Both the position numbers and the translations under genes were made by a program. From Pyrodictiaceae archaeon (GTDB lineage: Archaea > Thermoproteota > Thermoprotei_A > Sulfolobales > WAQK01): DNA of 64,000 nt. The stretch's first letter is position 1. Each line of letters opens with the position of its first letter. The DNA is taken from positions 134 through 64,133 of the forward strand of contig WAQK01000030.1 of the NCBI GenBank assembly GCA_015520265.1, given 5' to 3'. Positions 1 to 9,564 of this stretch are shown piece after piece. The notes under the pieces are model-generated. The model worked only from the letters and a program-made list of their open reading frames with translations, had not been told where the DNA came from and did no database searches.

Positions 1-37
1 ATGAGGACCAGTATTCCTCCCTTGACCTTGCGGCGCC

Positions 38-796
38 TCAATCCTCTCCGCCCACGTATCTCTGCAGTATGCTGTGGAGCTTGTAGGGGTCGCGGGCGTA
101 GAGCCTTATCTTGCCTCTGGCCTTCATCTTCTCGTCTTTGGGAACTAGCTCCACGAACTTCCTCTTAGGGTCCAGGACGAGCTCGTAGTCCTTTAGAGGG
201 AACCTCAGCGCGACCCTGGAGCCAAGGCTCTTCGATACTATGCCCTTGCTGGTCACCTTGTAGGAGTTGGGCATCACGATCATCTGGGCCTGCCTCACCC
301 TCCCCCGGAGGGCGACGGCCGAGATCCTGCTTATGATGAAGGACCCCTCGAAGAGGATTAGCGTTGATAGGAACCTGCCAGCGTTGCCGCCGAAGAGCGC
401 CTCCTCCACGGGGTTGAAGAGAAACTTGCCGTAGAGCCAGAACCAGGCTATGATTATGGGGAAGAGCGCTATGCTCAGGGTCATTCCCTTGAGCTGGGCC
501 TGTATCTCCTCGGTCAGTTTGGCGTCGGAAACCATGATCTGCTGCGCATTCTTCTCCTCGTAGAGGATGGCCCCCCTCTCGATCTCCTGGGGGTCGCCGC
601 CCTTGGCGCCGGGCCTCATGTTCATCTTTGAGATTATCACTGGCAGTATCAGGATGTACGCAACGATCAGCAGCATGTAGTACTGGCGCGGCAGGAAAGC
701 CATGGCGGCGGAGAACATTATGATCATGACTTGGCTTAGCAGCATCTGCTTGGGGCTCGTCATCTGCTGGAACGACACCGTCCACGCCCACCACAA
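38..796 (-). CDS. hypothetical multi-pass membrane protein with a C-terminal soluble domain
   Basis: 252-aa ORF with several hydrophobic helices (MLLSQVMIIMFSAAMAFL, YYMLLIVAYILILPVII, LSIALFPIIIAWFWLYG) and a charged C-terminal region. No family motif recognised. The overlapping ORFs 165..836 and 799..1245 look like GC-driven artefacts. The start could instead be at 763 (MTSPKQ). Confidence 0.5.
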   Translation of the reverse strand: MWWAWTVSFQQMTSPKQMLLSQVMIIMFSAAMAFLPRQYYMLLIVAYILILPVIISKMNMRPGAKGGDPQEIERGAILYEEKNAQQIMVSDAKLTEEIQAQLKGMTLSIALFPIIIAWFWLYGKFLFNPVEEALFGGNAGRFLSTLILFEGSFIISRISAVALRGRVRQAQMIVMPNSYKVTSKGIVSKSLGSRVALRFPLKDYELVLDPKRKFVELVPKDEKMKARGKIRLYARDPYKLHSILQRYVGGED

Positions 797-912
797 TTTC
801 AGGGCCAGGCATTATAAGAGTGATCACGCTGTGCACAAGCCGTGGCGGAACACTTAATTTGCCCTGCCCGACACTCCACCGGGAGCACCGGTGCCCGGAG
901 GGGGGCTGTAGT

Positions 913-2034
913 ATGGTGAGGCTCTCGAGGAGGCAGTTCCTGGCCCTGCTCGGCGCGGCTGTGGGAGCATCGCTCGCCAGCTACGGGGCCTACAGGATCC
1001 TCAGGAGGCCTGGCGGCGGGGGCGGGACCCTGAAGGTGTACAACTACAGCTACTATATTGATCCCAAGGTCATAGAGATGTTTGAGAACGAGTACGGGAT
1101 AACCGTGATCTACGACGAGTACGAGGCAGCCGAGGAGGCCTGGGGCAAGCTCCAGGTGGGCGGCGGAGGCTATGACCTCATAGTACTGGCCGACGCCTAC
1201 GTGCCCCAGGCCATAAAGGAGGGCCTCGTAAGGATGCTGGACCACTCGAGGCTAGAGAATCTAGGCAACTTGGACCCCGCCTTCATCGACAACCCCTTTG
1301 ACCCAGGCCTCAGCTACGCTGTACCCTACATGTGGGGAACCACAGGCATAGGCTATAACAGGGCCCTCGTCGATGACCAGGTTACAGCCTGGGCCCAGCT
1401 CTTCGACACGGAGAGTTTCCTGCCCAAATACAGCAAGAAGGTATCCATGCTGGAGGAGTTCGGAGAGGTCGTGGAGGCTGCCATGTACTACCTTGGCCTA
1501 GATCCCCAGAAGACGGAGTCGTGGACCCAGCATAAGGACGAGATCATCGAGCTGCTCAGAGCCCAGAAGCCCTTCCTAGCCGGCTACTACGGCGCCAGCG
1601 TCTACGTCCCAGACCTGGCTGCTGGCAGGCTCTACGTGGCCCAGGCGTGGAGCGGCGACGTCCTAACGGCGCAGGACGAGAACCCCAACGTAGCCTACGT
1701 CATCCCGGAAGAGGGGACTTGGAGGTGGATGGACATGATGGTGATACCCCGTGACGCTAGGAACGTGGAGGCTGCGTTGCTTTGGATAGACTACATGCTT
1801 AGACCCGAGATAGCGGCCCGCAATATAGCCTACGTCTACTACCCGGCATCGGTGAAGAAGGAACTAGTGGCCTCGGAGCTCTCCAGGCTTGCCGACGAGC
1901 TAGACGTTGACCCGGACGAGATCCTGGAGAATCCGGCCATATACCCCGACAGGGAGATCAAGGGCTTCTCCGCGGTAATGGACGAGGAGAAGCTGAAGGC
2001 CCTCGAGGAGATAGAGGTCAACGTCAAGACGTAG
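913..2034 (+). CDS. potD: ABC transporter substrate-binding protein, PotD/PotF (spermidine/putrescine) family
   Basis: Start trimmed to the ATG at 913, which gives MVRLSRRQFLALLGAAVGASLA, a twin-arginine-like signal. The body resembles polyamine-binding SBPs (YNYSYYIDP..., MWGTTGIGYN, WSGD). It converges on the potCBA genes. Confidence 0.85.
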   Translation: MVRLSRRQFLALLGAAVGASLASYGAYRILRRPGGGGGTLKVYNYSYYIDPKVIEMFENEYGITVIYDEYEAAEEAWGKLQVGGGGYDLIVLADAYVPQAIKEGLVRMLDHSRLENLGNLDPAFIDNPFDPGLSYAVPYMWGTTGIGYNRALVDDQVTAWAQLFDTESFLPKYSKKVSMLEEFGEVVEAAMYYLGLDPQKTESWTQHKDEIIELLRAQKPFLAGYYGASVYVPDLAAGRLYVAQAWSGDVLTAQDENPNVAYVIPEEGTWRWMDMMVIPRDARNVEAALLWIDYMLRPEIAARNIAYVYYPASVKKELVASELSRLADELDVDPDEILENPAIYPDREIKGFSAVMDEEKLKALEEIEVNVKT

Positions 2035-2037
2035 CTG

Positions 2038-2823
2038 CTACACCTCTTTTTCCCCGCCCACACCCACTATCTTAATGTAGATAAAGGCCACGGCCAGGGA
2101 CCATATTATCATCAGGAACGCCAATGCGTTCAGGTCCGGAGACGCCCTAGCCCTTGCCGCCCTTGTCCAGATCAGGAGGGGCAGGGTCTCGAAGCCTGGC
2201 CCGGTGGTGAAGACGGTTTTCACGAAGTCCTCGAAGCTGGAGATGAACGTTATCATGAGTGCAGCCACTATCCCTGGCATGGAGAGGGGCACCACTATTT
2301 CCCGGAAGACCCTGGCCGTCGAGGCGCCCATGACCCTGGCGGCGTCCTCTATGGAGGGGCTCAGCAGCTGGAGCTGGGACCTCACGGTCACGTAGGCGTA
2401 TGATATATTGAACGCCGTGTGGCCTATGAACACAGTGAGCCACCCCAGTTCCACGCCGGCCAGGTAGAAGAACATCATCAGCGACACGGCCTCCGCTATC
2501 TCCGGTATGACTATCGGCGTGTAGAAGTAGACTTTGAAGCCGGAGCCCCGGTATCCTCCCCTCACAGCCGAGTAGGCGAGCAGTAGGCCCAGAAGGCTGG
2601 AGACCAGGGCCGAGGCCAGGGCCACCGTCAGGCTGTTCCTCAGAGCACCCCAAACCTCGGCGTCGGCTAGGAGCCTCCTGTACCACTCGGTGGTGAAGCC
2701 TCCCCATACGCCGGTGTAGCGGGATGCGCTGAAACTGTAGACTACCAGGACGGCCACCGGTACATAGAGGAACACGAGGACTCCGGCCACGTAGAGTTTT
2801 AGGAGGAGCCTCCCCAGCTTCAA
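2038..2823 (-). CDS. potC: ABC transporter permease, PotC-like
   Basis: 261-aa polytopic membrane protein with the EAA-type loop of binding-protein-dependent permeases (IEDAARVMGASTARVFREIVVPLSMPG). It overlaps the upstream permease gene by 4 nt. Confidence 0.85.
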   Translation of the reverse strand: MKLGRLLLKLYVAGVLVFLYVPVAVLVVYSFSASRYTGVWGGFTTEWYRRLLADAEVWGALRNSLTVALASALVSSLLGLLLAYSAVRGGYRGSGFKVYFYTPIVIPEIAEAVSLMMFFYLAGVELGWLTVFIGHTAFNISYAYVTVRSQLQLLSPSIEDAARVMGASTARVFREIVVPLSMPGIVAALMITFISSFEDFVKTVFTTGPGFETLPLLIWTRAARARASPDLNALAFLMIIWSLAVAFIYIKIVGVGGEKEV

Positions 2824-3638
2824 CCCAGCACCACCTCTTCACCCACCTTCCTCACAGCCACCACTGCCGCCAGGAGGGCGGTCACGGTGACGAAGATGGT
2901 TAGGGCGGAGCCCCTCCAGTAGTCGCGGTACTTGAGGAACAGGTCGTATATCAGGTAGCCTACCGTGTAGCCCTCCGTGCCTCCTAGGATGGCAGGTATG
3001 ACAAACTCGGTGAAGCTCATAAGCGAAACCAGGACCGTGCCAGCAACCACCCCGGGCAGTGATAGGGGTAGCACTATGTCGAGCAGCCTCCTATGGGAGG
3101 GGGCTCCCAGGGTCCCGGCAGCGTCGACGAGGTTGCGCGGGATCTTCTCCATCGCAGCATAGATGGGTAGGAGCATGTAGGGGAGGTAGTCGTACACCAT
3201 GCCCAATATGAGGGCCCTGAAACCCAGCTCCACCCTGAGGGGGCCCGGCAGGAGTCGGTTGACCGGGTCCAGGAAGACCCTTAAAGCATAGGCCCTTAGC
3301 AGGAAGTCCACCCAGAAGGGGGCCACAAGCGCCACCACTAGGAGGCCCTTCTCCCTCCTAGACGCGACAAAGGAGAGGTAGTATGACACAGGGTAGGCCA
3401 GGACCAGCGTGGTTACTGTAGTTGTGAGCGATATGAGGAGAGAGTAGCCGGTCACCCTGAGGTAGGGGCCGCTTGTCAGCACGTGGACGTAGTTGGAGAG
3501 GGTGAAGCCTCCAGCCTTACCTGTGATGCTCTGGTAGAAGAGGAAGGCTAGGGGCGCGTAGAAGAACACGGCCAGGTATACCAGCGACGGGGCCAAGAGA
3601 ACCCAGTAGATTGCGCGCTTCACCGCCCCAGCACCCAC
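2820..3638 (-). CDS. potB: ABC transporter permease, PotB-like
   Basis: 272-aa polytopic protein with an EAA loop (LVDAAGTLGAPSHRRLLDIVLPLSLPG). It sits between the ATPase gene and potC on the same strand. Confidence 0.85.
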   Translation of the reverse strand: MGAGAVKRAIYWVLLAPSLVYLAVFFYAPLAFLFYQSITGKAGGFTLSNYVHVLTSGPYLRVTGYSLLISLTTTVTTLVLAYPVSYYLSFVASRREKGLLVVALVAPFWVDFLLRAYALRVFLDPVNRLLPGPLRVELGFRALILGMVYDYLPYMLLPIYAAMEKIPRNLVDAAGTLGAPSHRRLLDIVLPLSLPGVVAGTVLVSLMSFTEFVIPAILGGTEGYTVGYLIYDLFLKYRDYWRGSALTIFVTVTALLAAVVAVRKVGEEVVLG

Positions 3639-4666
3639 ATGTCCTTGCTGCGCCAGCCCACCCTGACCTTGGAGCCCCTGGAGAGCCTCATGCCGTCGGT
3701 CCTGGGCTGGATGCTTCTCAGCAGGACCCCGCCGACCCTGACCTCTATCCTCACCACCGGGCCCATGAAGGCCACGTCCTCGACGACGCCCTCAAACACG
3801 TAGTCAAGGGGCTCCTCAGGATCTATGGCCAGCTTCTCATACCTCACCACGATGTAGCCGTCGCCCTCGCCCCCCTCTAGTAAGGGGGTTGCCCGGCCGT
3901 CGAGCCTGGCTGGCAGTATGTTGGCGTCGCCGAAGAAGGATGCGACGAAGAGTGTGCGCGGCTTCTCGTAGACCTCGTCGGGCCTACCCACCTGCTCCAC
4001 CCTCCCTGCGTTCATGACAGCTATCCTGTCGGAGAGTAGCATAGCCTCCGTCTGGTCGTGGGTCACGTAGATCGTCGTTATGCCCAGCCTCTTCTGCAGC
4101 TTCTTGAACTCGGCCATCAACTCCTGCCTGATCTTATAGTCCAGATGGCTGAAGGGCTCGTCCAGGAGGAGGACTCTGGGCTCTATGACAAGGGCCCTGG
4201 CCAGAGCCACCCTCTGCTGCTGCCCCCCGCTAAGCTGGCCCGGCCTCCTGGAGGCGAACTCGCCGGGATCCAGCCTCACCAGCTCCAGGATCTCTCGGAC
4301 CCTCCTGCGCACCTCATCCTCAGGCACCCTCCTGACCCTAAGGCCGTAGGCCACGTTGTCGTACACAGTCATGTGGGGGAAGAGGGCCAGGTCCTGGAAA
4401 ACCATGCCCACGTTCCTCTTATGGGGCGGCACGCCTGTCACGTCGTCGCCGTCGAAGAAGATCCTGCCCTGGTCGGGCTCCAGGAGCCCAGCAACTATGC
4501 GGAGAAGCGTCGTCTTGCCGCAGCCGCTGGGGCCCAGCAGGGTGAAGAGCTCGCCCTCCCTAACAGTAAGTGAGACTCCTCTAAGCGCCTCCACACTTCC
4601 AAACCTCTTCCAGACCCTCTCGACCCGTACCTCTACCATTCCCGGGCCTCCGCCAAGCTTGTCCAC
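3620..4666 (-). CDS. potA: ABC transporter ATP-binding protein, PotA-like, with a C-terminal TOBE-like domain
   Basis: Walker A GPSGCGKTT, signature LSGGQQQRVALARAL, Walker B LLLDEP and an H-loop (THD). The start may instead be the internal Met at 4639 (MVEVRVERV). Confidence 0.9.
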   Translation of the reverse strand: MDKLGGGPGMVEVRVERVWKRFGSVEALRGVSLTVREGELFTLLGPSGCGKTTLLRIVAGLLEPDQGRIFFDGDDVTGVPPHKRNVGMVFQDLALFPHMTVYDNVAYGLRVRRVPEDEVRRRVREILELVRLDPGEFASRRPGQLSGGQQQRVALARALVIEPRVLLLDEPFSHLDYKIRQELMAEFKKLQKRLGITTIYVTHDQTEAMLLSDRIAVMNAGRVEQVGRPDEVYEKPRTLFVASFFGDANILPARLDGRATPLLEGGEGDGYIVVRYEKLAIDPEEPLDYVFEGVVEDVAFMGPVVRIEVRVGGVLLRSIQPRTDGMRLSRGSKVRVGWRSKDMWVLGR

Positions 4667-4812
4667 TGACCCGTGGTCATAGCGGATTTATAGGCTTGAC
4701 TATGACTGCTGTCTAGTTATGCTTCAGGTTTGCTGCTCTGAAGGTTTCCTCCTGCCGCCTCCTTATTAAAAGATTAAAGACGCGGACCGGTTATAGAGAC
4801 CGGTGCGCGTAT

Positions 4813-5274
4813 TTGGGGGATCCCGCTCGCCTATGGCTTCTCCCGGTGGCCGTGCTCTCCGCAGAGCTGGCGGTCGAGGTATACCTCTCCTCCTTCCTGG
4901 CCTGCGGCCCCTCCCAGCTGCTCCTCCCCGGCGCGGTGATCCTCCTGGTCTACACGGTCTTCGCATATATTCAGGGGAGGGGTGCCACAGCCCTCCTGGA
5001 GAACCCCCGGGCGGCCCTTGACGCTAGGGACAGCCTGCTGGCCCTGATAGCCTCCATCGAGCCACGCTGTAGGGCGGAGCTGCTGGAAAAGTACCTGGAG
5101 ATAAAGGGCCTCACACTTCTTCTCCTAGCCGTGGTTGCTGGTCTAGTGCCCTTGGTGTCGTGCCAGCCCCGCATGGTTCTACCGATATTCCTGGCAGCGG
5201 TGGCCATAGGCATGTACACGGCGTTCTTGAGGACCAGGCTGCTGGGCGAGGCCAGGTCCCGGGCCGAATGCTAG
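4813..5274 (+). CDS. hypothetical membrane protein
   Basis: 153-aa ORF with three to four hydrophobic segments. No motif recognised. The competing ORFs in the same region are Arg/Pro/Gly-rich artefacts. Confidence 0.4.
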   Translation: MGDPARLWLLPVAVLSAELAVEVYLSSFLACGPSQLLLPGAVILLVYTVFAYIQGRGATALLENPRAALDARDSLLALIASIEPRCRAELLEKYLEIKGLTLLLLAVVAGLVPLVSCQPRMVLPIFLAAVAIGMYTAFLRTRLLGEARSRAEC

Positions 5275-5495
5275 TAGAGACCTATCTTCTTGGCGAAGTC
5301 GAAGACGGTTAGGCTGACCACGCGGCCATTCTTTATCCTCACAGCCACATCGTTCTCCGTCAAGATGCTCTCATCGGCGTCCTCTATGTCGTAGCCGAAG
5401 TTTATGTACAGGATGTCGTTGTGCCTGTCGTACTCGAACCATATGTGCTCCACGTCCCCTATGAGAAGCTTCTCCTTCTCGTCCATCATGCACAC
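5271..5495 (-). CDS. DUF2283-like small protein
   Basis: 74-aa ORF with the pattern characteristic of this small family (DILYINFG...ENDVAVRIKNGRVVSLTV). Confidence 0.55.
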   Translation of the reverse strand: MCMMDEKEKLLIGDVEHIWFEYDRHNDILYINFGYDIEDADESILTENDVAVRIKNGRVVSLTVFDFAKKIGLY

Positions 5496-5580
5496 CGAGG
5501 GCTTAAGGGCTCCGGGAGTCCTATAAACCCTCCCCTGCGCGGTTTGGAACTAATACTAATTAGAGGGCTCAGCATAACGG

Positions 5581-5844
5581 GTGGACAGGTGCCGCTCCTT
5601 GACCGGGGACCACGGCGAGGTTCTGGACCTGACCAGCCAGGGCGAGGGATGCGACGACCAGCCCATACCAAGGCTCGTCAAGTTTCTTAGACGTACGGAG
5701 TCTAGGAGGATTACGGTAAAGCTGGAGCCGGGAATGGTGCCGCGCAGCGTGTTGAACCTGATAGTGGGCAGGCTGGGCTACAGTATTGTCGAGGAGCGCA
5801 GGGAGAGGGGAGTCAGAGTAATCGTGCTGGAGAAGGAGGCCTAG
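5581..5844 (+). CDS. small hypothetical protein (weak TusA/SirA-like resemblance)
   Basis: 87-aa ORF. The segment VLDLTSQGEGCDDQPIPRLVKFL followed by a beta-rich tail loosely recalls the TusA LDxxGxxCPxP fold motif. The resemblance is very tentative and the start is uncertain. Confidence 0.3.
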   Translation: MDRCRSLTGDHGEVLDLTSQGEGCDDQPIPRLVKFLRRTESRRITVKLEPGMVPRSVLNLIVGRLGYSIVEERRERGVRVIVLEKEA

Positions 5845-6356
5845 TCCAGCCTGAAGTCCTCGATGAAGGGCGTGTGGCCGGGGTTCCCCGCGTCTATTGC
5901 CTCCATGTTGGCCTCGATCCTGGGCACCGCTGTTTTCCTGAGCCTGTGCTTCGATGTCTTGGGCGGGTACTTGGAACCGCTCAGCCCTCTTTCGATAACG
6001 TCCACCTTGGTCACCTTGAAGTCCTTCCTGAAGCTCGTAACCGTAATCGTCCTGTCATCCGCGTAGTCGACGAAAAACACGGGTATGTACCGGTACCCCA
6101 GCTTCTTGGCGGCGTTGAGCCTGTGGTGCCCGTCCAGGACTGTGAGGGTCCTCGCATCCGCGAGGACCGGGTATTTGAGCACCCCCAGAGTGGCCAGTTC
6201 GCTGACCAGGCAGTATACCAGGGCGGGCTCCGTCTCCTCGTGCTCCCTGAGGAGCCGGGCGGGCACGAGAACTACTTTCCCGACCAGCTTCTGAATGTCA
6301 TAGCTGTGGAGCACGGTTCGCCCATACTTGTTGACAAGATGTGCGAGCAGGCTCAC
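5841..6356 (-). CDS. ParB/sulfiredoxin-like domain protein (candidate free-serine kinase SerK-like)
   Basis: 171-aa ORF with the ParB/Srx core motif VLDGHHRLNAAKKLG. It is the last gene in a same-strand string after the cysteine synthase and cysteine desulfurase genes. Confidence 0.6.
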   Translation of the reverse strand: MSLLAHLVNKYGRTVLHSYDIQKLVGKVVLVPARLLREHEETEPALVYCLVSELATLGVLKYPVLADARTLTVLDGHHRLNAAKKLGYRYIPVFFVDYADDRTITVTSFRKDFKVTKVDVIERGLSGSKYPPKTSKHRLRKTAVPRIEANMEAIDAGNPGHTPFIEDFRLD

Positions 6357-6370
6357 AGCACTACACCCTG

Positions 6371-7597
6371 CTAGGATTTAGACGCTATGCTGCTGAGGGC
6401 TTCGATGAAGTAGTCTATCTCCTCCACGGTGTTGTAGATGTACAGGCTCGCCCTGGCCGACCCCTTCTTTATGCCTAGGTACTCGTGGAGAGGCTGTGTG
6501 CAGTGGTACCCGCTCCTCACCGCTATGCCGTAGGCGTTCAGGGCTGCGGCGACTGCGTGGGGATCCATGCCCCTCACGTTGAAGGCGGCGAGGGCGGTCC
6601 TCCTCGAGGGGTCCCGCGGCCCGTAGACCTCGATCCTGTCGCCCAGCTCCTCCAGCCTCTTGAGCAGGTATGTTGTGAGCCTCCGCTCGTACTGCTCTAT
6701 GTTCTCCATGCCTATCCGCTCCAGGTACCTGACGGCCTCCATGAGCCCCACGCCGCCCACAATGTTGGGGGTGCCAGCCTCGTACTTCCATGGGAGCTCG
6801 TTCCACTTGGCCTCGACGCGGCCCTCCACGTAGTGGACGGCCCTCACCATGTCGCCGCCGTAGAGGAACGGGGGTAACTCCTCCAGGTGTTCGCGCTTGG
6901 CGTAAAGCACGCCGATGCCCGTGGGTCCCAGCATCTTGTGGCCGCTGAAGGCCAGGAAGTCCACGTCCATTTCCCTGACGTTGAGCTTCATGTGTGGCGC
7001 GCTTTGGGCCGCGTCCACCACCAGATATGCACCCACGCTGTGGGCTACCCTCGCAATCCGCCGGACATCATTGACGGTTCCCAGCATGTTGCTCACATGG
7101 GTGACCGCCATCACCCTGGTCCTATTATCCACGAGTTCCTCCAGCATCCCGTAGTCCAGCTCGCCGTCGCCCGTGACCTTGACCAGCCTCACCTCGAAGC
7201 CACGGAGCCTGGACAGGTAGATCCATGGGAGCATGCCGCTGTGATGCTCCATTATGGTGGTGACCACGTTGTCGCCGGGGCCTAGCCGGGAGAGGGCCAG
7301 CGTGTAGGCTACAAGGTTTAGGGACTCAGTGGTGTTCCTGGTGAACACGACCTCCGACATGTCGCGTGCTCCTATGAATCTGGCCACCACCCTGTGGGCC
7401 TCCTCGTATAGCTCGCTGGCCTCCTGGCTCAGGTCGTGGAGGCCCCTATGGATGTTGGCGTTGTGTCTCTCGTAGAACCGTTTGACAGCCTCTATGACCT
7501 GGCGCGGCTTCTGGGTGGTGGCGGCGTTGTCGAAGTAGACGATGCGGCGCTCCTTGAGGATGGGAAAATCCTCCCTGATCTTCTCTGGATCCAGCAT
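6371..7597 (-). CDS. sufS: cysteine desulfurase, class V aminotransferase (SufS/CsdA type)
   Basis: 408 aa. PLP-lysine region FSGHKMLGPTGIGVLY, active-site Cys region RSGYHCTQP, and an N-terminus FPILKERRIVYFDNAATTQKP typical of the SufS family. Confidence 0.9.
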   Translation of the reverse strand: MLDPEKIREDFPILKERRIVYFDNAATTQKPRQVIEAVKRFYERHNANIHRGLHDLSQEASELYEEAHRVVARFIGARDMSEVVFTRNTTESLNLVAYTLALSRLGPGDNVVTTIMEHHSGMLPWIYLSRLRGFEVRLVKVTGDGELDYGMLEELVDNRTRVMAVTHVSNMLGTVNDVRRIARVAHSVGAYLVVDAAQSAPHMKLNVREMDVDFLAFSGHKMLGPTGIGVLYAKREHLEELPPFLYGGDMVRAVHYVEGRVEAKWNELPWKYEAGTPNIVGGVGLMEAVRYLERIGMENIEQYERRLTTYLLKRLEELGDRIEVYGPRDPSRRTALAAFNVRGMDPHAVAAALNAYGIAVRSGYHCTQPLHEYLGIKKGSARASLYIYNTVEEIDYFIEALSSIASKS

Positions 7598-7600
7598 TTT

Positions 7601-8536
7601 TCAACCTCTCAACCTATTAGCGAATGCCTCGACGTATTTAAAGCCGTCATCGGGGAAGACGAGCACGTAGGTTCCCGGCCCATACTTCTCCCTTATCTTC
7701 TTGAAGCCCCTGACGACGGCGCCCGAGCTGAGGCCTACCAGGAGCCCCTCTGTCCTGGCCACGTTTATAGCCTCGTCTATGGCCTCCTCCCTGGAGACGT
7801 CCACCACCTCGTCTACACGTATCCAGTTGATCCACTTCGGCTGGGTCTCCAGCCTCTTTATCCCCGGTATACTGTTGCCCGGTGCAGGCTGTACACCCAC
7901 AACCTTGACGTCGTCGCCGAACCTTTCACGGAGCCTTCTGGTTATGGCCGCTATGTGGCCCGACGTCCCTATGCCTGCCACGAAAACGTGTGGCTTCTCT
8001 CCTACAGCCTCCAGCTGCTCCACAATCTCCCTGCCCGTGTACTCGTAGTGGGACTCGTAGTTGGCGTCGTTGTGGAACTGGTTCAGGTTGGTGGCGCCCT
8101 CCTCCTTGGCCAGGTTGGCTACGTACTCTATCATCTCGGGCCCTATGGTGGGGTAGTCTGTGGATACGTACTCGGCGCCCAGGACCCTTATCAGGGTCTT
8201 GGTTGTGTCGGGTGTAGGTGCGGGCAGGTAGGCCCTGAACTTGAGCCCGTGGATGGCTGCCATGGCTGAGAGGGCTATCGCCACATTGCCCGAGGAGGCC
8301 TCGTATAGCTTGTCGGAGAGCCTTCCCTCCTCCAGCGCCTTTCTCAGCATGTTCCAGACGGGCCTATCCTTGACGCTGTGGCTGAACGGGTTATAGAACT
8401 CCAGCTTAGCCCACACCCTGTAGCCGTTCTTGGAGAGGCTGTTGAGGAGGAGCAGGGGTGTGGGCCAGTTCTTGACGAGAAGCTCCAGGGGGTTTAGGAA
8501 GACTCTCCTCTGAATCCTGAGCTCGTCGCCCTTCAT
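7601..8536 (-). CDS. cysteine synthase family PLP enzyme (CysK/CysM/O-phosphoserine sulfhydrylase type)
   Basis: 311 aa. PLP-lysine motif NPFSHSVKDRP and glycine loop GIGTSGHI typical of fold-type II tryptophan-synthase-beta-like enzymes. It ends 4 nt upstream of the sufS start. Confidence 0.85.
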   Translation of the reverse strand: MKGDELRIQRRVFLNPLELLVKNWPTPLLLLNSLSKNGYRVWAKLEFYNPFSHSVKDRPVWNMLRKALEEGRLSDKLYEASSGNVAIALSAMAAIHGLKFRAYLPAPTPDTTKTLIRVLGAEYVSTDYPTIGPEMIEYVANLAKEEGATNLNQFHNDANYESHYEYTGREIVEQLEAVGEKPHVFVAGIGTSGHIAAITRRLRERFGDDVKVVGVQPAPGNSIPGIKRLETQPKWINWIRVDEVVDVSREEAIDEAINVARTEGLLVGLSSGAVVRGFKKIREKYGPGTYVLVFPDDGFKYVEAFANRLRG

Positions 8537-8580
8537 TGCTATACACAGTAGAGTTTCATATTTAACGTTGTTAATAAAAC

Positions 8581-9555
8581 TTATCTATCCCCCGGTTCCC
8601 CCAGAATACCTTTCAGCACGCCCTTATACCAGGATATGCTGCGGGTCTCCTCGGGATCCACGCCCCTCCTAACCCCCACCTCCACAGACACCAAACCGGC
8701 CACAAGGCTGCCTTGCAGGAGGCGGGCCAGCAGAGACGAGCCCTCCACGGCGAGCCTAGCCACCCGTCCTACGGCAGAGTAGTATTCGGCTAGCCTGGAG
8801 GTGAGGTGCGAGCAGGCGGCATCCTCCACCAGGAGGAACCTGTAGTCGCCGGGCGGGGGCAGCTCCCAGCCCACGATGTCGTTGTGACCCGCCTCAGGGT
8901 AAACCTCAAGCTTGGCCGGGAGCTTGCTGTTCTCGTTAAGCTCGTTCTTCCACCTCAACCCCAAGGCCCTGAGGCTGTTGCATGTTACCACTATTGGGAA
9001 CCCTGTGGATAGGTGCTCCACAAGCCGTCCATAATCCCGGCTAGCGGCGGTCCTCATCAGGCTCAGAGCCTCCTCATAGTCCCTGGGCTCGGCTATGTGT
9101 ACACCCGTGTTCTCTAAAACCCTTAGGGCGGAGAACAACATCTCAGGGAGGGCTGTACGCGGAGGGATACCCTCCACAAGCCTGACCAGAGGCAAGCGCC
9201 TCTCCTCAGCCAGACGGCCCAGCCTGCCGCCCGAGGTTATCACCACCACGGGGGAGCCTCGAGAGAGCACCTGCTCCACACAGCGGAGGGTCTCCAGGGT
9301 GTTCCCAGAGTAGCTGACCGCCAGCACCAGGTCCCGGTCTCCGACCCAGCCGGGAAGGTGGGGGCTCTTAACGGTGTAGACGGGGACCTTGTTGTAGGCC
9401 AGGGCCTCCAGGTAGTCGCCCAGTATCCCTGACCCGCCCATCCCTACAACGACTATGCTTCTAGGCTCGAAGAGTCCTGGGGAGACCTCTTCGGCGACGC
9501 TCAAGCCCCTCTCGGCTAGGCTGGGCCAGTCCAGGTAGATTTTACGCATCCTCAT
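8581..9555 (-). CDS. bifunctional phosphoglucose/phosphomannose isomerase (SIS domain, archaeal PGI/PMI family)
   Basis: 324 aa. SIS motifs VVVGMGGSGILGDYL and LVLAVSYSGNTLETL. The size and layout match crenarchaeal PGI/PMI enzymes. It is adjacent to a sugar-1-P nucleotidyltransferase gene. Confidence 0.75.
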   Translation of the reverse strand: MRMRKIYLDWPSLAERGLSVAEEVSPGLFEPRSIVVVGMGGSGILGDYLEALAYNKVPVYTVKSPHLPGWVGDRDLVLAVSYSGNTLETLRCVEQVLSRGSPVVVITSGGRLGRLAEERRLPLVRLVEGIPPRTALPEMLFSALRVLENTGVHIAEPRDYEEALSLMRTAASRDYGRLVEHLSTGFPIVVTCNSLRALGLRWKNELNENSKLPAKLEVYPEAGHNDIVGWELPPPGDYRFLLVEDAACSHLTSRLAEYYSAVGRVARLAVEGSSLLARLLQGSLVAGLVSVEVGVRRGVDPEETRSISWYKGVLKGILGEPGDR

Positions 9556-9564
9556 CCCGTATGC

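Noticed and set aside
165-1245. Long ORFs 165..836 (-) and 799..1245 (-) that overlap the membrane-protein gene and the potD leader
   Set aside because: Their translations are extremely Arg/Pro/Gly/His-rich with no motifs, which is typical of off-frame ORFs in GC-rich DNA. The alternative frames have membrane-protein and SBP features.
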